DNA from: Candidatus Woesebacteria bacterium
Lineage (GTDB): Bacteria > Patescibacteriota > Microgenomatia > UBA8517
NCBI GenBank assembly: GCA_963716475.1
Contig: OY970314.1
Location: forward strand, 918,508-982,507
Length of the DNA: 64,000 nucleotides
Direction of reading: 5' to 3'
Shown here: in pieces, positions 7,306 through 17,914 of the stretch
How the letters are laid out: each line of letters begins with the position of its first letter
Position numbering within the stretch: the first letter of the stretch is position 1
Notes under the pieces: generated by a model
Databases searched by the model: none
What the model saw: only the letters and a program-made list of their open reading frames with translations
What the model was told of the DNA's origin: nothing
Position numbers and translations under genes: made by a program

Positions 7306-8694
7306 ATGACAATGTTTGGAATTAATGTGTCCTTGAGCGGTATCAGGGAAGATAATTCGAATATTGATAATGAAGTTCGGGCCGACTTGAGGAGAAATGA
7401 CGAGCGAAAAACCTTTAACAAGTTCTTGGTTTCAAGAACCTCAGTCGGTAGCCTTGTTATAGACAAAATTATCGAATCGGCAAAGGAAAGAGCAAGCAGT
7501 CTGTTGGAAAATGGCGAATCTATTCCCAACCAAACACTATTTGATTATGCCGTATTGAGATTAAAAACAAGGTTAAGTGGAAATTTGAGTGTTTATGATT
7601 CTGTTATAAGAAAAATAATTGAAGACCAAAACCCGGAGTTTAAGAGTCTTCACAGAGAGGTAGACAGGGGGACGTTTGACGGAAAACTGCCATTTGGATA
7701 CCCTGATGCCAGCAAGAACGCTGCGGGTATTTTAGAAGCAAAAATTAAAGATAAACTACCTACAGTTAAAGACTCCTTTCTGGAACAAAAAGTGGTTGCA
7801 GAAAAGATTAGGGAATTGACAAGGAAGATGTTTTTTGGGGTTAACAAATTGGGATTATCCGGTGAAAACCTAGTTAATTATCTAGGGATATTATTTGAAT
7901 TAGAGTCGATTCAAACCGCCCCAGTTGAAGGGTTTGATTTACTGACGAAATATATATCTAGCGGATGCCAGAATGCGCTACCAATAGAGTTTTACTATAT
8001 TAAATGTTTGAGGTTTTCTTATCCAAACGGTGCCCGTTTGAAAATTATTACTCATTTAGGAGCCGAGGATGTCAGAGATAAGCTGGGAGGCATATTCCTA
8101 TCAACGGATGAAACAGGGATGTCGAAGTCGATTGGTGATTTTGAAAGAATCTTTATAAATCGAGGACTTCGGGTTAGATCGACCATCTTAGTGGCAGATA
8201 ATGATCTATCGGATAACTTTCCGGGAGACTTTGGAGACATCATACCAGGGGAGGATGTAAAAAGAGCTGATCACGATGCGGAAATATATTTAGACAATCT
8301 AAAGGCAAATCTTAAAAACAGCAAAGTGATAAGGTTAACAAGTCTAATTGACGAACTTGGTAAAAGGAGGGAGTACGAAAATATAAGAACTACGGTAATG
8401 AGTAGTTTAAGACACGGCGATGGAAAGTTTGTTAGTGAGAAAGTAATTGAGGGTTTGATAGAATATCGTTTTGATAGAGACAAAGCCATTTTTGAAAAGT
8501 CTACACGCGAGATTGCCCGTGAACGTGTTTATCGTAAAATGGCTAGTCAAATTGCCATACAAGTTTTGGCGTCGGAGGGAAGGTTATTGGTAACAAATTC
8601 TCATGGTAATGAAAATGGTTTAATAGCAGGAAATAGAATGCCGATTATATTCACGGATATTTATAGAGAGGAAAAAGTCTTTGAGAATGTATAA
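7306..8694 (+). CDS. Hypothetical 462-aa soluble protein with no recognised domain
   Basis: Long intact ORF between tRNA-Trp and trpS. No TM segment and no motif I can assign. Confidence 0.55.
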   Translation: MTMFGINVSLSGIREDNSNIDNEVRADLRRNDERKTFNKFLVSRTSVGSLVIDKIIESAKERASSLLENGESIPNQTLFDYAVLRLKTRLSGNLSVYDSVIRKIIEDQNPEFKSLHREVDRGTFDGKLPFGYPDASKNAAGILEAKIKDKLPTVKDSFLEQKVVAEKIRELTRKMFFGVNKLGLSGENLVNYLGILFELESIQTAPVEGFDLLTKYISSGCQNALPIEFYYIKCLRFSYPNGARLKIITHLGAEDVRDKLGGIFLSTDETGMSKSIGDFERIFINRGLRVRSTILVADNDLSDNFPGDFGDIIPGEDVKRADHDAEIYLDNLKANLKNSKVIRLTSLIDELGKRREYENIRTTVMSSLRHGDGKFVSEKVIEGLIEYRFDRDKAIFEKSTREIARERVYRKMASQIAIQVLASEGRLLVTNSHGNENGLIAGNRMPIIFTDIYREEKVFENV

Positions 8695-8702
8695 TAAATA
8701 AT

Positions 8703-9707
8703 ATGGAAGACAAAAAACGCATTTTAACGGGGGATAGGCCTACAGGCAGAATGCACCTGGGTCATTATGTGGGAAGCTTGAAAAATAGGGTAAAGCTTCA
8801 GGATTCTTATGACCAATTTGTAATGATTGCCGATGTTCAGGCTTTGACTGATAATTTCGAAGATCCTGAAAAAGTCAGAAACAACATCAAAGAAGTCCTT
8901 TTGGACTATTTGGCGGTCGGAATTGATCCTAAAAAAACCACAATTTTAGTCCAATCTATGATCCCCGAAATTGCAGAGCTTACCGTTTTTTATCTGAATC
9001 TTGTAACTCTCGAAAGGGTTCTCAGAAACCCCACCGTAAAGGATGAAATCAAGCAAAAAGGCTTTGGACAACAGATCCCGGCAGGCTTTGCCATGTACCC
9101 GGTTTCTCAGGCTGCCGATATAACCATTTTTAATGCCAGTTTAGTGCCTGTTGGCGAGGATCAGCTACCCATGATTGAACAAACACGCGAAATTGTCAGG
9201 AAGTTCAACTCACTTTACGGCGAGGTTTTTGTCGAACCGGAAGCTTTAGTAGGAGAAGTTAAAAGACTTCCCGGAATTGACGGCAACACCAAAATGAGTA
9301 AGAGCCTGGAGAATGCAATTTATTTGTCGGACGGCGAGGAAGAGCTTAAAAAGAAAGTCATGAGTATGTATACTGACCCGAGCCGCATTCATGCGACGGA
9401 TCCCGGTAAAGTTGAGGGCAACCCCGTATTTATATACCATGACATTTTCAATCCCGATAAAGCAGAAGTTGCCGATCTTAAAAAGAGATATAAAGAAGGC
9501 AAAGTGGGGGATATTGAGGTTAAAGAAAAGCTTTTTGTGGCTCTAAATATCTTTTTGGCTCCGATCAGGGAGAAAAGAAAAGAATTTGAGGGTAAAGATG
9601 AAATTCTTGATCAAATATTACTCGAGGGAACCGCAAAAGCCCGCGAAGTTGCCAAAGAAACAATGAAGAAAGTCCGGCAGGCAATGAAAATTGATTACTT
9701 CGAATAG
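8703..9707 (+). CDS. trpS: Tryptophan--tRNA ligase
   Basis: HIGH-type motif [13 protein letters not shown] motif, typical TrpRS length. Confidence 0.9.
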   Translation: MEDKKRILTGDRPTGRMHLGHYVGSLKNRVKLQDSYDQFVMIADVQALTDNFEDPEKVRNNIKEVLLDYLAVGIDPKKTTILVQSMIPEIAELTVFYLNLVTLERVLRNPTVKDEIKQKGFGQQIPAGFAMYPVSQAADITIFNASLVPVGEDQLPMIEQTREIVRKFNSLYGEVFVEPEALVGEVKRLPGIDGNTKMSKSLENAIYLSDGEEELKKKVMSMYTDPSRIHATDPGKVEGNPVFIYHDIFNPDKAEVADLKKRYKEGKVGDIEVKEKLFVALNIFLAPIREKRKEFEGKDEILDQILLEGTAKAREVAKETMKKVRQAMKIDYFE

Positions 9708-10058
9708 ATGGACAACATTACATTCAACCAATTTTCAGCAGTCGATATTAGAATGGGGACCGTTACCAAGGCTGATGTCCCTGAATGGAGTCATTGGGTC
9801 ATAAGGATGGAGGTTGACCTAGGTCCAGAAATCGGGAAGAAGAAAGCTTTTTCCGGCATAATGAAATTTTTTAAGCCTGAGGACCTGGAAGGAAAGCAAT
9901 TTCCTTTCGTTGTAAACCTGGAGCCTAAAAAAATAGGACCCGAGCGGGAACTTTCGGAAGTGATGATGATAATGGCGGTTCCTAAGGAGGATGAAGAAAC
10001 CCCAACGGTCCTTTTTAAACTTCAGAAAAAAGTTCCCAACGGGACAAAGGTGAGGTAA
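9708..10058 (+). CDS. tRNA-binding domain protein (Trbp111/CsaA/EMAP-like)
   Basis: FSAVDIRMGTV and EVDLGPE are typical of the Myf/tRNA_bind OB-fold. Starts immediately after the trpS TAG stop. Confidence 0.7.
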   Translation: MDNITFNQFSAVDIRMGTVTKADVPEWSHWVIRMEVDLGPEIGKKKAFSGIMKFFKPEDLEGKQFPFVVNLEPKKIGPERELSEVMMIMAVPKEDEETPTVLFKLQKKVPNGTKVR

Positions 10059-10077
10059 TAGTGTAGAATTCTCTCGT

Positions 10078-11958
10078 ATGGATCCAACAAAATTTTTAAA
10101 CAGAGAACCAGATAAAAAATCGGGAAAAGGGAAAAAACAGTTTCAATTTAAGCTGAAACTTAATCTGTGGACAATAGCCCTTACGTTTTTTGTTATATTT
10201 TTCGTAATACCCGGTATAATCGCGGCTTTTCAAACTTTTGGCAACTCCAGTAAAGAAAATGTTTCACAAGTTCTGACAGATATTAAAGCCGGAAAGGTAG
10301 ACAAGGTAACCGTTGACAGTACAAAGCTTACAGTAACGTATAAAGACGGAAGTTTAAAACTTTCTACTAAGGAAGACACAGAAAGCTTTTCAGATCTTCT
10401 GAAAAATGCCGGGATTGATCCGTCGAGCGTAAACTACGACGTTATTGATCAGTCTCTTTCGAAAGTTATCGGCGATGTTCTGGGAATAGTTTTACCGATC
10501 CTTCTTATGGTAGGGTTTTTCTACTTTATATTGAGGGCTCAGAATAAGGGAGCGCAGGATATTTTCTCATTCGGTAGAAGTAAGGCCAAAGTTTTTGCCA
10601 AGGGCAGGCAAAGCATCACTTTTGCGGACGTTGCCGGAGTGGATGAAGCCAAAAAGGAACTGGAAGAACTGGTAGATTTTCTTAAAAACCCCGCAAAGTA
10701 TAGAAAAATCGGCGCAAGGACTCCTAAGGGAGCACTTTTGGTCGGTCCCTCAGGTGTAGGTAAAACTCTTTTGGCAAAAGCTGTGGCAGGGGAGGCCGGA
10801 GTGCCATTTTTCTCCATGGCAGGAAGCGAATTTATGGAAATGCTTGTAGGAGTGGGCGCCTCCCGGGCCCGTGATCTTTTCGCCCAAGCCAAAGCCGCTG
10901 CCCCGTCAATTATTTTTATCGATGAAATAGACGCAATCGGACGTCAGAGAGGGAAAGGACTTATGGGTGGGCATGATGAAAGGGAGCAAACTTTGAATCA
11001 GATTTTGGTTGAAATGGACGGCTTTACTCCCAATGATAACGTTATTGTAGTTGCGGCAACAAATAGAGGAGATTTGCTTGATCCGGCGCTTCTTAGGCCC
11101 GGAAGATTTGACAGAAGGATTGTACTAGATATGCCGGATAAAGAGGGAAGACTGGCTATTCTTCATATTCACGCCCGCGGCAAGAAATTTGCCAAGGGGG
11201 TCGATTGGGGCAAGATTGCCGACAGAACAGTGGGCTTTTCCGGTGCCGACCTGGAGAACATGTTAAATGAGGCCGCAATCGGTGCCGCAAGAGTTGACCA
11301 TGATGAAATCTCAATGGCCGATCTGGAAGAAAGCGCAACCAAAGTTAAACTCGGGCCTGCCAAAAAGAGACTCCAAAGCGACGAAGATAAAAAGCTTACC
11401 GCATATCATGAGGCCGGGCATGCGGTTGTTACACATTTTCTTAAAAATATGGATCCTGTTCATAGGATCTCAATAGTTGCCCGTGGAATGAGCTTGGGAC
11501 ACACCCTGATTCCTCCCGCAGGAGACAGGACTCACGAGACAAAATCTCGATTATTAGAGCAAATTACAGCGATGCTCGGAGGGCGTGCCGCCGAGGAGGT
11601 TGTATTTAACGAAATGACCTCAGGAGCCGCAAATGATATCGCCCAAGCAACGAAAATTGCAAAAGCCATGGTTATTGAATTTGGGATGAGTGAGCTTGGA
11701 CCGATCAACCTGGGGCCGGATATGGGAATGGGGGATTTCGGACAAATGGAGTGGTATGAACAGGCTCAAAACTCCCCTGTATTTATGGAGAAAATTGATA
11801 CTGAAACAAAGAGAATTTTGGATGTGGGGTATAAGACTGCGGTAAAAATGATTAAAGAAAAAAGGAAACTCCTGGATAAAGTCAGCGAAGCCCTACTTGA
11901 AAAGGAAACTCTCGATAGGGACGACTTCGAAAAGATTGTTGGTACAAAGTACCAATAG
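10078..11958 (+). CDS. ftsH: ATP-dependent zinc metalloprotease FtsH
   Basis: N-terminal TM helices, AAA Walker A GPSGVGKT, Walker B IIFIDEID, zinc motif HEAGHA. Confidence 0.9.
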   Translation: MDPTKFLNREPDKKSGKGKKQFQFKLKLNLWTIALTFFVIFFVIPGIIAAFQTFGNSSKENVSQVLTDIKAGKVDKVTVDSTKLTVTYKDGSLKLSTKEDTESFSDLLKNAGIDPSSVNYDVIDQSLSKVIGDVLGIVLPILLMVGFFYFILRAQNKGAQDIFSFGRSKAKVFAKGRQSITFADVAGVDEAKKELEELVDFLKNPAKYRKIGARTPKGALLVGPSGVGKTLLAKAVAGEAGVPFFSMAGSEFMEMLVGVGASRARDLFAQAKAAAPSIIFIDEIDAIGRQRGKGLMGGHDEREQTLNQILVEMDGFTPNDNVIVVAATNRGDLLDPALLRPGRFDRRIVLDMPDKEGRLAILHIHARGKKFAKGVDWGKIADRTVGFSGADLENMLNEAAIGAARVDHDEISMADLEESATKVKLGPAKKRLQSDEDKKLTAYHEAGHAVVTHFLKNMDPVHRISIVARGMSLGHTLIPPAGDRTHETKSRLLEQITAMLGGRAAEEVVFNEMTSGAANDIAQATKIAKAMVIEFGMSELGPINLGPDMGMGDFGQMEWYEQAQNSPVFMEKIDTETKRILDVGYKTAVKMIKEKRKLLDKVSEALLEKETLDRDDFEKIVGTKYQ

Positions 11959-12872
11959 TGAGTTACAATAGGCACATGGGTAAGCTGGTTCTCATCGACG
12001 GAAACGCCATACTTCATAGGGCCTTCCATGCTATGCCACCGCTCACTACAAGGAGTGGAGAGCCTATCAATGCGGTTTACGGGCTTGTATCAATGTTTCT
12101 CCGGGTTATACAGGATCTTAAGCCCGACGCCATTGCGGTAGCCTTTGACGAGAAGGAGCCGACTTTTAGGCACAAAGAATTCGGAGAGTATCAGTCTCAA
12201 AGACCACCCATGGCGGACGAACTTTCGTCCCAGTTTGAAAAGGCCCGTGATTTTTTTAAAGCCGCCAAAGTTCCGATTTATTCAATTCCGGGGTTTGAAG
12301 CGGATGATGTAATTGGAACAATTGCAGAAAAGTCAAAAGGGGATGTGGTAATTGTAACGGGGGACAAGGACATTCTGCAGTTGGTAGACGACAAGAAAGG
12401 GATCAAACTCTACATGCCGGTTGTGGGACTTACCAACGCTAAGCTTTTTGATGAGGCGGCAGCACATACGCGGATGGGGGTTCCTGCCGACAAAATTCCC
12501 GACTACAAAGCACTAGTTGGTGACCCCTCAGATAACTACCCGGGAGTTGCCGGAATCGGTCCGGTAACGGCGGAAAAGCTTTTGGAAAAATATGACAGCG
12601 TTGATCATATTTATGCTCATTTAATAGATATCGAACCGAATATACGGAAAAAATTGGAGGCCAAAAAAGACGATGCAAAACTCTTCCATAGGCTTGCAAC
12701 CATTGTCAGAGATGTCCCTATAAAAGTTGATTACCAGGACATGGAAAGGTGGAAAATTGACAGTTCGGACGTGATAAACCTTTTTGTGGAGTTTGGTTTT
12801 AAGACCCTAACGGAAAGAATCAAGAAAGTCGGAAAAGAAATTGACGGCCAAAAACAGACGTCACTTTTTTAA
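11958..12872 (+). CDS. Stand-alone 5'-3' exonuclease (Pol I N-terminal/FEN-like)
   Basis: LIDGNAILHRAFHA and acidic clusters. 304 aa with no polymerase domain. Confidence 0.8.
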   Translation: MSYNRHMGKLVLIDGNAILHRAFHAMPPLTTRSGEPINAVYGLVSMFLRVIQDLKPDAIAVAFDEKEPTFRHKEFGEYQSQRPPMADELSSQFEKARDFFKAAKVPIYSIPGFEADDVIGTIAEKSKGDVVIVTGDKDILQLVDDKKGIKLYMPVVGLTNAKLFDEAAAHTRMGVPADKIPDYKALVGDPSDNYPGVAGIGPVTAEKLLEKYDSVDHIYAHLIDIEPNIRKKLEAKKDDAKLFHRLATIVRDVPIKVDYQDMERWKIDSSDVINLFVEFGFKTLTERIKKVGKEIDGQKQTSLF

Positions 12873-12874
12873 AA

Positions 12875-13972
12875 ATGAAAATCGCAATAGTTCATGATTA
12901 TCTAATAGATTTCGGGGGAGCGGAACGGGTGCTTTTGGCACTTCATGAGATTTACCCGGAAGCTCCGATTTATGTTTCAATTTATAGGCAAAACCGTCTC
13001 GGAAAATTTGCCGGAAAATTTTCTGATGCAAAAATTATCCAGTCTTGGTTTGGTGAGATTCCCTTTGCCGATAAGTTAATTTCTCCCTTAAGATTTTTAA
13101 TTCCTGCGATTTGGAATGGTTTTAATCTAAAAGAATATGATCTGATAATTTCTTCAGCCAGCTGGGCAGTGGCGAAAGGCTTCGAAAAGAAGAAGGGGGC
13201 CATTGAAGTATGTTACTGCCACACACCCCCAAGGTATTTGTATGGTTATGATACTTCGAGAAGATTTGACGGATTAATGGGTAAGTTGGTTAGTTTTTAC
13301 GGACTTATTGTCAACCATTTTATGCTCCAATATGATTTCAAAAGGGCTCAGAAAGTCGATTATTTTATAGCCAATTCGGAGGAAGTTAAAAAACGGATTG
13401 CTAAATTTTACCGGAGGGACTCGACTGTTATTTATCCACCCGTAGAACTTCCAAAATCGGATACTTCAGCATTGGATAGGATTTACTATTTAACCGGAGG
13501 AAGACTAATGGCAGCGAAGAATTTTGACTTGATAATTAAGACTTTTAATAAACTAGGCCTGCCCCTTAAAATTTACGGTGCGGGGCCTTTGAAAAATAAT
13601 CTCAAGAGGATTGCTAAGGACAACATCGAGTTTTTGGGAAAGGTTGACGATGTCGAAATAGCAAGACTATATGCAGGTGCTAAAGCCTTTATTCTTGCCC
13701 AGGAGGACGAGGATTTCGGTATGACCGCGGTTGAGGCGATGTCTTTTGGTACTCCTGTAATCGCCTATAAAGGCGGCGGATACTTGGAGTCCGTAGTTGA
13801 GGGTAAAACAGGGCTATTTTTTGCCGGATTAAGTGTTGAAAGTTTATCTTCTGCGGTTAAGAAATTTGAAAAAGTTAAATTAAATTTGGCAGATTGTGTC
13901 AATCAGTCCAAAAAGTTTTCTAAAGAAAGATTCATCAAGGAAATAGTCGGATTTATTCATAGACATGCCTGA
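12875..13972 (+). CDS. Glycosyltransferase family 4 (GT4)
   Basis: N-terminal MKIAIVHDYL...GGAERV. C-terminal GT1/GT4 fold motifs (EDFG...E). Confidence 0.7.
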   Translation: MKIAIVHDYLIDFGGAERVLLALHEIYPEAPIYVSIYRQNRLGKFAGKFSDAKIIQSWFGEIPFADKLISPLRFLIPAIWNGFNLKEYDLIISSASWAVAKGFEKKKGAIEVCYCHTPPRYLYGYDTSRRFDGLMGKLVSFYGLIVNHFMLQYDFKRAQKVDYFIANSEEVKKRIAKFYRRDSTVIYPPVELPKSDTSALDRIYYLTGGRLMAAKNFDLIIKTFNKLGLPLKIYGAGPLKNNLKRIAKDNIEFLGKVDDVEIARLYAGAKAFILAQEDEDFGMTAVEAMSFGTPVIAYKGGGYLESVVEGKTGLFFAGLSVESLSSAVKKFEKVKLNLADCVNQSKKFSKERFIKEIVGFIHRHA

Positions 13973-14813
13973 ATTACCTGAGGTAGAAACAATGCGGTTG
14001 CAGTTGAAAAAGTATCTTGTGGGACACAGGATTACCTCGGTTGACGTTAGGAACCGTAAAACTTTTCAGGGGGATGAAGTCAAAATTATCGGCGGAAAAG
14101 TTACCGGCACTAGGCGCTTCGGCAAGGTTTCCGTAATCGATTTGGATAACGGTTACTCGATTTTAACTCACGTCAAGCTCACTGGGCAGTATATTTATAG
14201 AGGACCGAACCTTTCAAATCCCGGCGAACTATCGAAAAAAGTAATCGGGGGAATTCCCGGGCCGCACACATTGGTTATTTTTAGCCTCGACCGCGGAGGG
14301 GAACTATATTATAACGATGTTAGACGCTTCGGCTGGATCCGTATTGAAAAGACCGATGATGTTGAAAGCGAATCCTTCATCAAAAAGCTTGGCCCCGAAC
14401 CTCTCAAAGACTTAACTTTAGAAATCTTCGAATCAATTCTTTCAAAGTCGGGTAGACCGATTAAGATCGTCCTTATGGATCAGGAAAAAATGGGGGGAGT
14501 GGGAAATATCTACGCCAATGATGCACTCTGGCTGGCCAAAATCAACCCTAAAGCTCCCGCAAAAAGCTTGTATGGTCAACAAATAAAAGACCTTTATGAA
14601 GCAATACTTACGGTTCTAAAGGCGGGTATGAAGTATGGTGGGGCAAGTGAACTGGCTTTTGTTACGCCGGACGGAGCCGAAGGAGAGTATCAAAAACATA
14701 CTTTAGCTTACGGCAGGGACGGAGAACCTTGCGAAAGGTGCCACAAGTCTTTAATCAAAAAATTTTTCCTCGGCGGACGCGGAACATACTGGTGCCCTGT
14801 TTGTCAGAAGTAA
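13965..14813 (+). CDS. mutM: Formamidopyrimidine-DNA glycosylase (Fpg/Nei family)
   Basis: N-terminal MPELPEVE and C-terminal zinc finger CERCH...CPVCQ. Confidence 0.8.
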   Translation: MPELPEVETMRLQLKKYLVGHRITSVDVRNRKTFQGDEVKIIGGKVTGTRRFGKVSVIDLDNGYSILTHVKLTGQYIYRGPNLSNPGELSKKVIGGIPGPHTLVIFSLDRGGELYYNDVRRFGWIRIEKTDDVESESFIKKLGPEPLKDLTLEIFESILSKSGRPIKIVLMDQEKMGGVGNIYANDALWLAKINPKAPAKSLYGQQIKDLYEAILTVLKAGMKYGGASELAFVTPDGAEGEYQKHTLAYGRDGEPCERCHKSLIKKFFLGGRGTYWCPVCQK

Positions 14814-15546
14814 TGGTTCTTACTGCAGGGGCGGCACCTATCGTTTCTTTTTTAGTCAGACCGTTAACTATATAGCCGATGATTCTGTACCAGCCGTTAT
14901 AGATAAAAATGTTTCTTCCGACGGACTGGAGCCTTCGTCCGCTGGTAAAACAACGGACGCCGGGGTCGATTATGACTTTTCCGAGTCTGAAGAAACGGTG
15001 GAGAAGATATTGCTGATCTCCGAGTTCCACCAGGTGTTTCGGATATCCTCCGATAGCCTCAAGAGCGGACTTTCTAAAGGCAAGATTGGCTGCATAGGCG
15101 ATTGGAAATCTACCGGTATACTTTTCCAGAAAAAGATTTACCTCCTGACTAAAAGCGTTTAGAAGGTTAAAAATGGCTGGAGTCTTTGTGTAATAAATCC
15201 AACCGGTAACGGCAATCAAATCCCGGTTTTTATCAAAATCAGCCTTAATATTTTTTAGCCAATCTTGCGGGTAAACCGTGTCCGCATCGGCAGAAACGAT
15301 AATACTTCCTTTGGCCTTATCAACTCCTTTTTGTCTGGCCAAAACCACCGATTTCCTATTTTCTTCGATAACACGAGCCTTGTATTTTCTTGCAATTTTG
15401 GCGGTAGCATCTTTTGAAGCATTATCAATTACAATAACCTCGAATAATTTCTTATTTAAAGTTTGCTTTGACAGAGAGTCCAGACATTTTCCTATAAACG
15501 CCTCTTCGTTATGAGCGGGGACAATAACCGAAATGATTGGTGCCAT
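14755..15546 (-). CDS. Glycosyltransferase family 2 (GT2)
   Basis: MAPIISVIVPAHNEE, then DNASKD. The start was moved to the internal Met; the ORF track extends to 15720. Confidence 0.7.
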   Translation of the reverse strand: MAPIISVIVPAHNEEAFIGKCLDSLSKQTLNKKLFEVIVIDNASKDATAKIARKYKARVIEENRKSVVLARQKGVDKAKGSIIVSADADTVYPQDWLKNIKADFDKNRDLIAVTGWIYYTKTPAIFNLLNAFSQEVNLFLEKYTGRFPIAYAANLAFRKSALEAIGGYPKHLVELGDQQYLLHRFFRLGKVIIDPGVRCFTSGRRLQSVGRNIFIYNGWYRIIGYIVNGLTKKETIGAAPAVRTITSDKQGTSMFRVRRGKIF

Positions 15547-15578
15547 TTTTCCTATGTGAATGCTATTATAAGGCCTGA

Positions 15579-16484
15579 ATGGATCTAACCGAAGTACAAA
15601 AAAACATCCTGGAAACTGGTTGGCAGTCCTGGAGCCCGCGGAAAAGGAGTATATTGAGAATTCCTTCTTGGAATGATCCTCCCAGGAAAGACGACTTTCT
15701 GCCACAAAAATTGGGGACAAGAACCCTAAAAAAGCCCGTTAATGGATGGTGCTCTTGGTATGCATTTGGGCCGTTTATTACTCCAGAAAAGATAATGGCA
15801 CAGACTGCATGGTTTTCTAAACATAAAGAGATACCAGTTAAATATATCTTAATCGATGGAGGTTGGGAGAAATGGAAAGATGTAAATAAGGTGTTAACAG
15901 ATATCCCCAAAAAGATATCTGAGTTTGGTTTTGAGCCTGGTATTTGGCTTGCCCCATTTAATAAAAATAATAAATTTAAAATAGATGATTTACTTGAGCT
16001 GGGATTTAAGCTAATTAAACTAGATTTTCTTTATAGAGCTTATTCAATTCCTGGTATAACATGCCAGAAAGCCGGGGAACTGATTCGAAATATGCTCTTG
16101 AAAATAAAAGGAAAGTATCCGGATGTCTATACAATTGCTTGCGGTTGCCCGCTCCTGCCGGCAATAAATGTGGTTGATTCGATGAGAATCGGCCCTGACA
16201 CAATCGAGCCGATTACGGGTAGTATTCCAGTCTGGAATAGTTTAATAAACTCGTACAAGCTAAATTTGGTGGTAAATAATATTAAAAGGAGGTTGTGGAC
16301 AAAAAAGTTTTGGAATCTTGACCCTGATGTTTTTGTTTGCAGAGAATCCTTGGGTCTAAATGATAAACAGTTGTTTTTATTACAAAAGCATATAAAATTA
16401 GCCTCCGGCAATATCTTTTTGGGGGATGATATGACAAAACTTGGTGAGGATAGAATCAAAAAATTTGTTTTACCGCTTTTTTAG
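15579..16484 (+). CDS. Alpha-galactosidase-like glycoside hydrolase (GH27/GH36 melibiase fold), short
   Basis: GWCSWYAF and IDGGWEKW resemble the GWNSWN...DDGW catalytic-barrel motifs. Confidence 0.4.
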   Translation: MDLTEVQKNILETGWQSWSPRKRSILRIPSWNDPPRKDDFLPQKLGTRTLKKPVNGWCSWYAFGPFITPEKIMAQTAWFSKHKEIPVKYILIDGGWEKWKDVNKVLTDIPKKISEFGFEPGIWLAPFNKNNKFKIDDLLELGFKLIKLDFLYRAYSIPGITCQKAGELIRNMLLKIKGKYPDVYTIACGCPLLPAINVVDSMRIGPDTIEPITGSIPVWNSLINSYKLNLVVNNIKRRLWTKKFWNLDPDVFVCRESLGLNDKQLFLLQKHIKLASGNIFLGDDMTKLGEDRIKKFVLPLF

Positions 16485-16491
16485 TTGAACC

Positions 16492-17544
16492 ATGTCAATT
16501 GTCAAAATTCGGCTTTCTGACTTTAGAAATTTCAAAAAGAAAGTGGTTGAATTTTCCGATAAAGTGACATTGATTAATGGCCCCAACGCCTCGGGTAAAA
16601 CCAATATCATGGAGAGCCTTTTTCTTCTTTCTACTGGTAGAAGTTTCAAAGCCGGAGTGGAGGAGGAAATGGTTAATTACAAAAAGGACATGGCGCGGGT
16701 TAAAGGGCTTCTTGCCAATAAAATGGTTTTGGAGGCTGTAATAACTAGGGGACTAATTGATATTGGAGCAGAAAGACCCGAAAAAGTTGCACGAAAAAAG
16801 TTAACGGTTAACGGTGTTCCAAAACGGTTAATTGATTTTTCGGGAAACCTTAAAGCAGTTCTTTTCGGGCCCTGGGATATGGATCTTGTGACGGAATCGC
16901 CGTCCCTAAGGAGAAGGTTTTTGGATACGGTTTTATCACAGGTTGATAGAGAGTATAGAAGAAGTGTTCTCTCTTACGAAAAAGGAGTCAGGCAGCGTAA
17001 TAGGCTTCTTTTTAGGATCCGGGAAGAGGGAATCTCAAGAAGCCAGCTTTCTTTTTGGAACCAGCTTCTCATTAAAAACGGCGATTATATTACGGGAAAG
17101 AGAGAAGAGTTTATAGAATTTATAAATAAGCTGCATGGGTTAAACAGCCAGAATTTTCAACTTGAGTATGATCGTTCGGTTATAAGTGAAGGACGGCTGG
17201 AGCAATATAAGGAGGAGGAAGTTGCGGCGGCAACAACTTTGGTGGGACCTCACCGCGACGACTTTTCTTTTAAAGAAGAGTCACGTGACCTGTCCAGTTA
17301 TGGAAGTAGGGGGGAGCAGAGAATGGGAATTTTATGGCTGAAAATGGCGGAACTTGCTTTCATCGAAGAAAAATCAGGCGAGAAACCGACCCTTCTTCTT
17401 GATGATATTTTTTCGGAACTTGACCATGAACATAGGGATGTGGTTATTAATCTGACGAAAAATCAGCAAACAATAATCACAACGGCAGACCCTCACTTTG
17501 TAGGAAACTTGAAAAAAGTGAATAAAATTGAATTAATGAGTTAA
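16492..17544 (+). CDS. recF: DNA replication and repair protein RecF
   Basis: N-terminal L-DFRNF, Walker A GPNASGKTN, SMC-like ABC signature, and a Walker B LLLDD. Confidence 0.8.
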   Translation: MSIVKIRLSDFRNFKKKVVEFSDKVTLINGPNASGKTNIMESLFLLSTGRSFKAGVEEEMVNYKKDMARVKGLLANKMVLEAVITRGLIDIGAERPEKVARKKLTVNGVPKRLIDFSGNLKAVLFGPWDMDLVTESPSLRRRFLDTVLSQVDREYRRSVLSYEKGVRQRNRLLFRIREEGISRSQLSFWNQLLIKNGDYITGKREEFIEFINKLHGLNSQNFQLEYDRSVISEGRLEQYKEEEVAAATTLVGPHRDDFSFKEESRDLSSYGSRGEQRMGILWLKMAELAFIEEKSGEKPTLLLDDIFSELDHEHRDVVINLTKNQQTIITTADPHFVGNLKKVNKIELMS

Positions 17545-17553
17545 AATATACTT

Positions 17554-17868
17554 ATGGAAGAACAACACGATATGACCGCTGAGGAGATGAGGATTGCGGA
17601 AAAGGATTTTAATCTGAGACTAGACAAAGCTAGTGAACCAATACGAAACGCCTATTACGACTTTTTGCGAGATGAGCAGTTAAGATCAGCAAAGGAAAAC
17701 AGGGGAAAGCTTACGACTGTTTCGCTTGAGACCCGATCGAGATTATTATTTTTCGCTACCGACGGACGTGATGCGAAATTTGTCCAAAAAGCGTTAAAGA
17801 TGAGGAGAGATTTTGAAGCCAACACAAAGGGCGGTAGACGGCCCATGGGTGGAGCTGTCGACGATTAG
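17554..17868 (+). CDS. Hypothetical protein
   Basis: ORF only. Confidence 0.35.
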   Translation: MEEQHDMTAEEMRIAEKDFNLRLDKASEPIRNAYYDFLRDEQLRSAKENRGKLTTVSLETRSRLLFFATDGRDAKFVQKALKMRRDFEANTKGGRRPMGGAVDD

Positions 17869-17914
17869 TTTCTCCTTGTATTTTCCGCAAAAAGTGCGTT
17901 AATATAAAGGTAAT

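Noticed and set aside
10539-10892. Antisense ORFs embedded in ftsH, and similar ones in the ligase (19644-20282, 20537-20872), copA (27878-28813), trxB (30466-31056), the HK (33376-33864) and pilB (39553-39888)
   Set aside because: They are entirely contained within strongly supported genes on the opposite strand and have low-complexity composition. These are typical shadow ORFs.
14755-15720. Long N-terminal extension of the GT2 gene (start at 15720)
   Set aside because: The extension has no homology signal. The internal Met at 15546 begins the canonical GT2 N-terminus (MAPIISVIVPAHNE), so the shorter model is preferred. The 59-nt convergent overlap with fpg remains and may be genuine.
17554-17868. 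104-aa ORF upstream of the Fic gene as a VbhA/Phd-like Fic antitoxin
   Set aside because: It lacks the (S/T)xxxE(G/N) inhibitory motif (only TVSLET). The Fic protein itself is long enough to carry an internal inhibitory helix.
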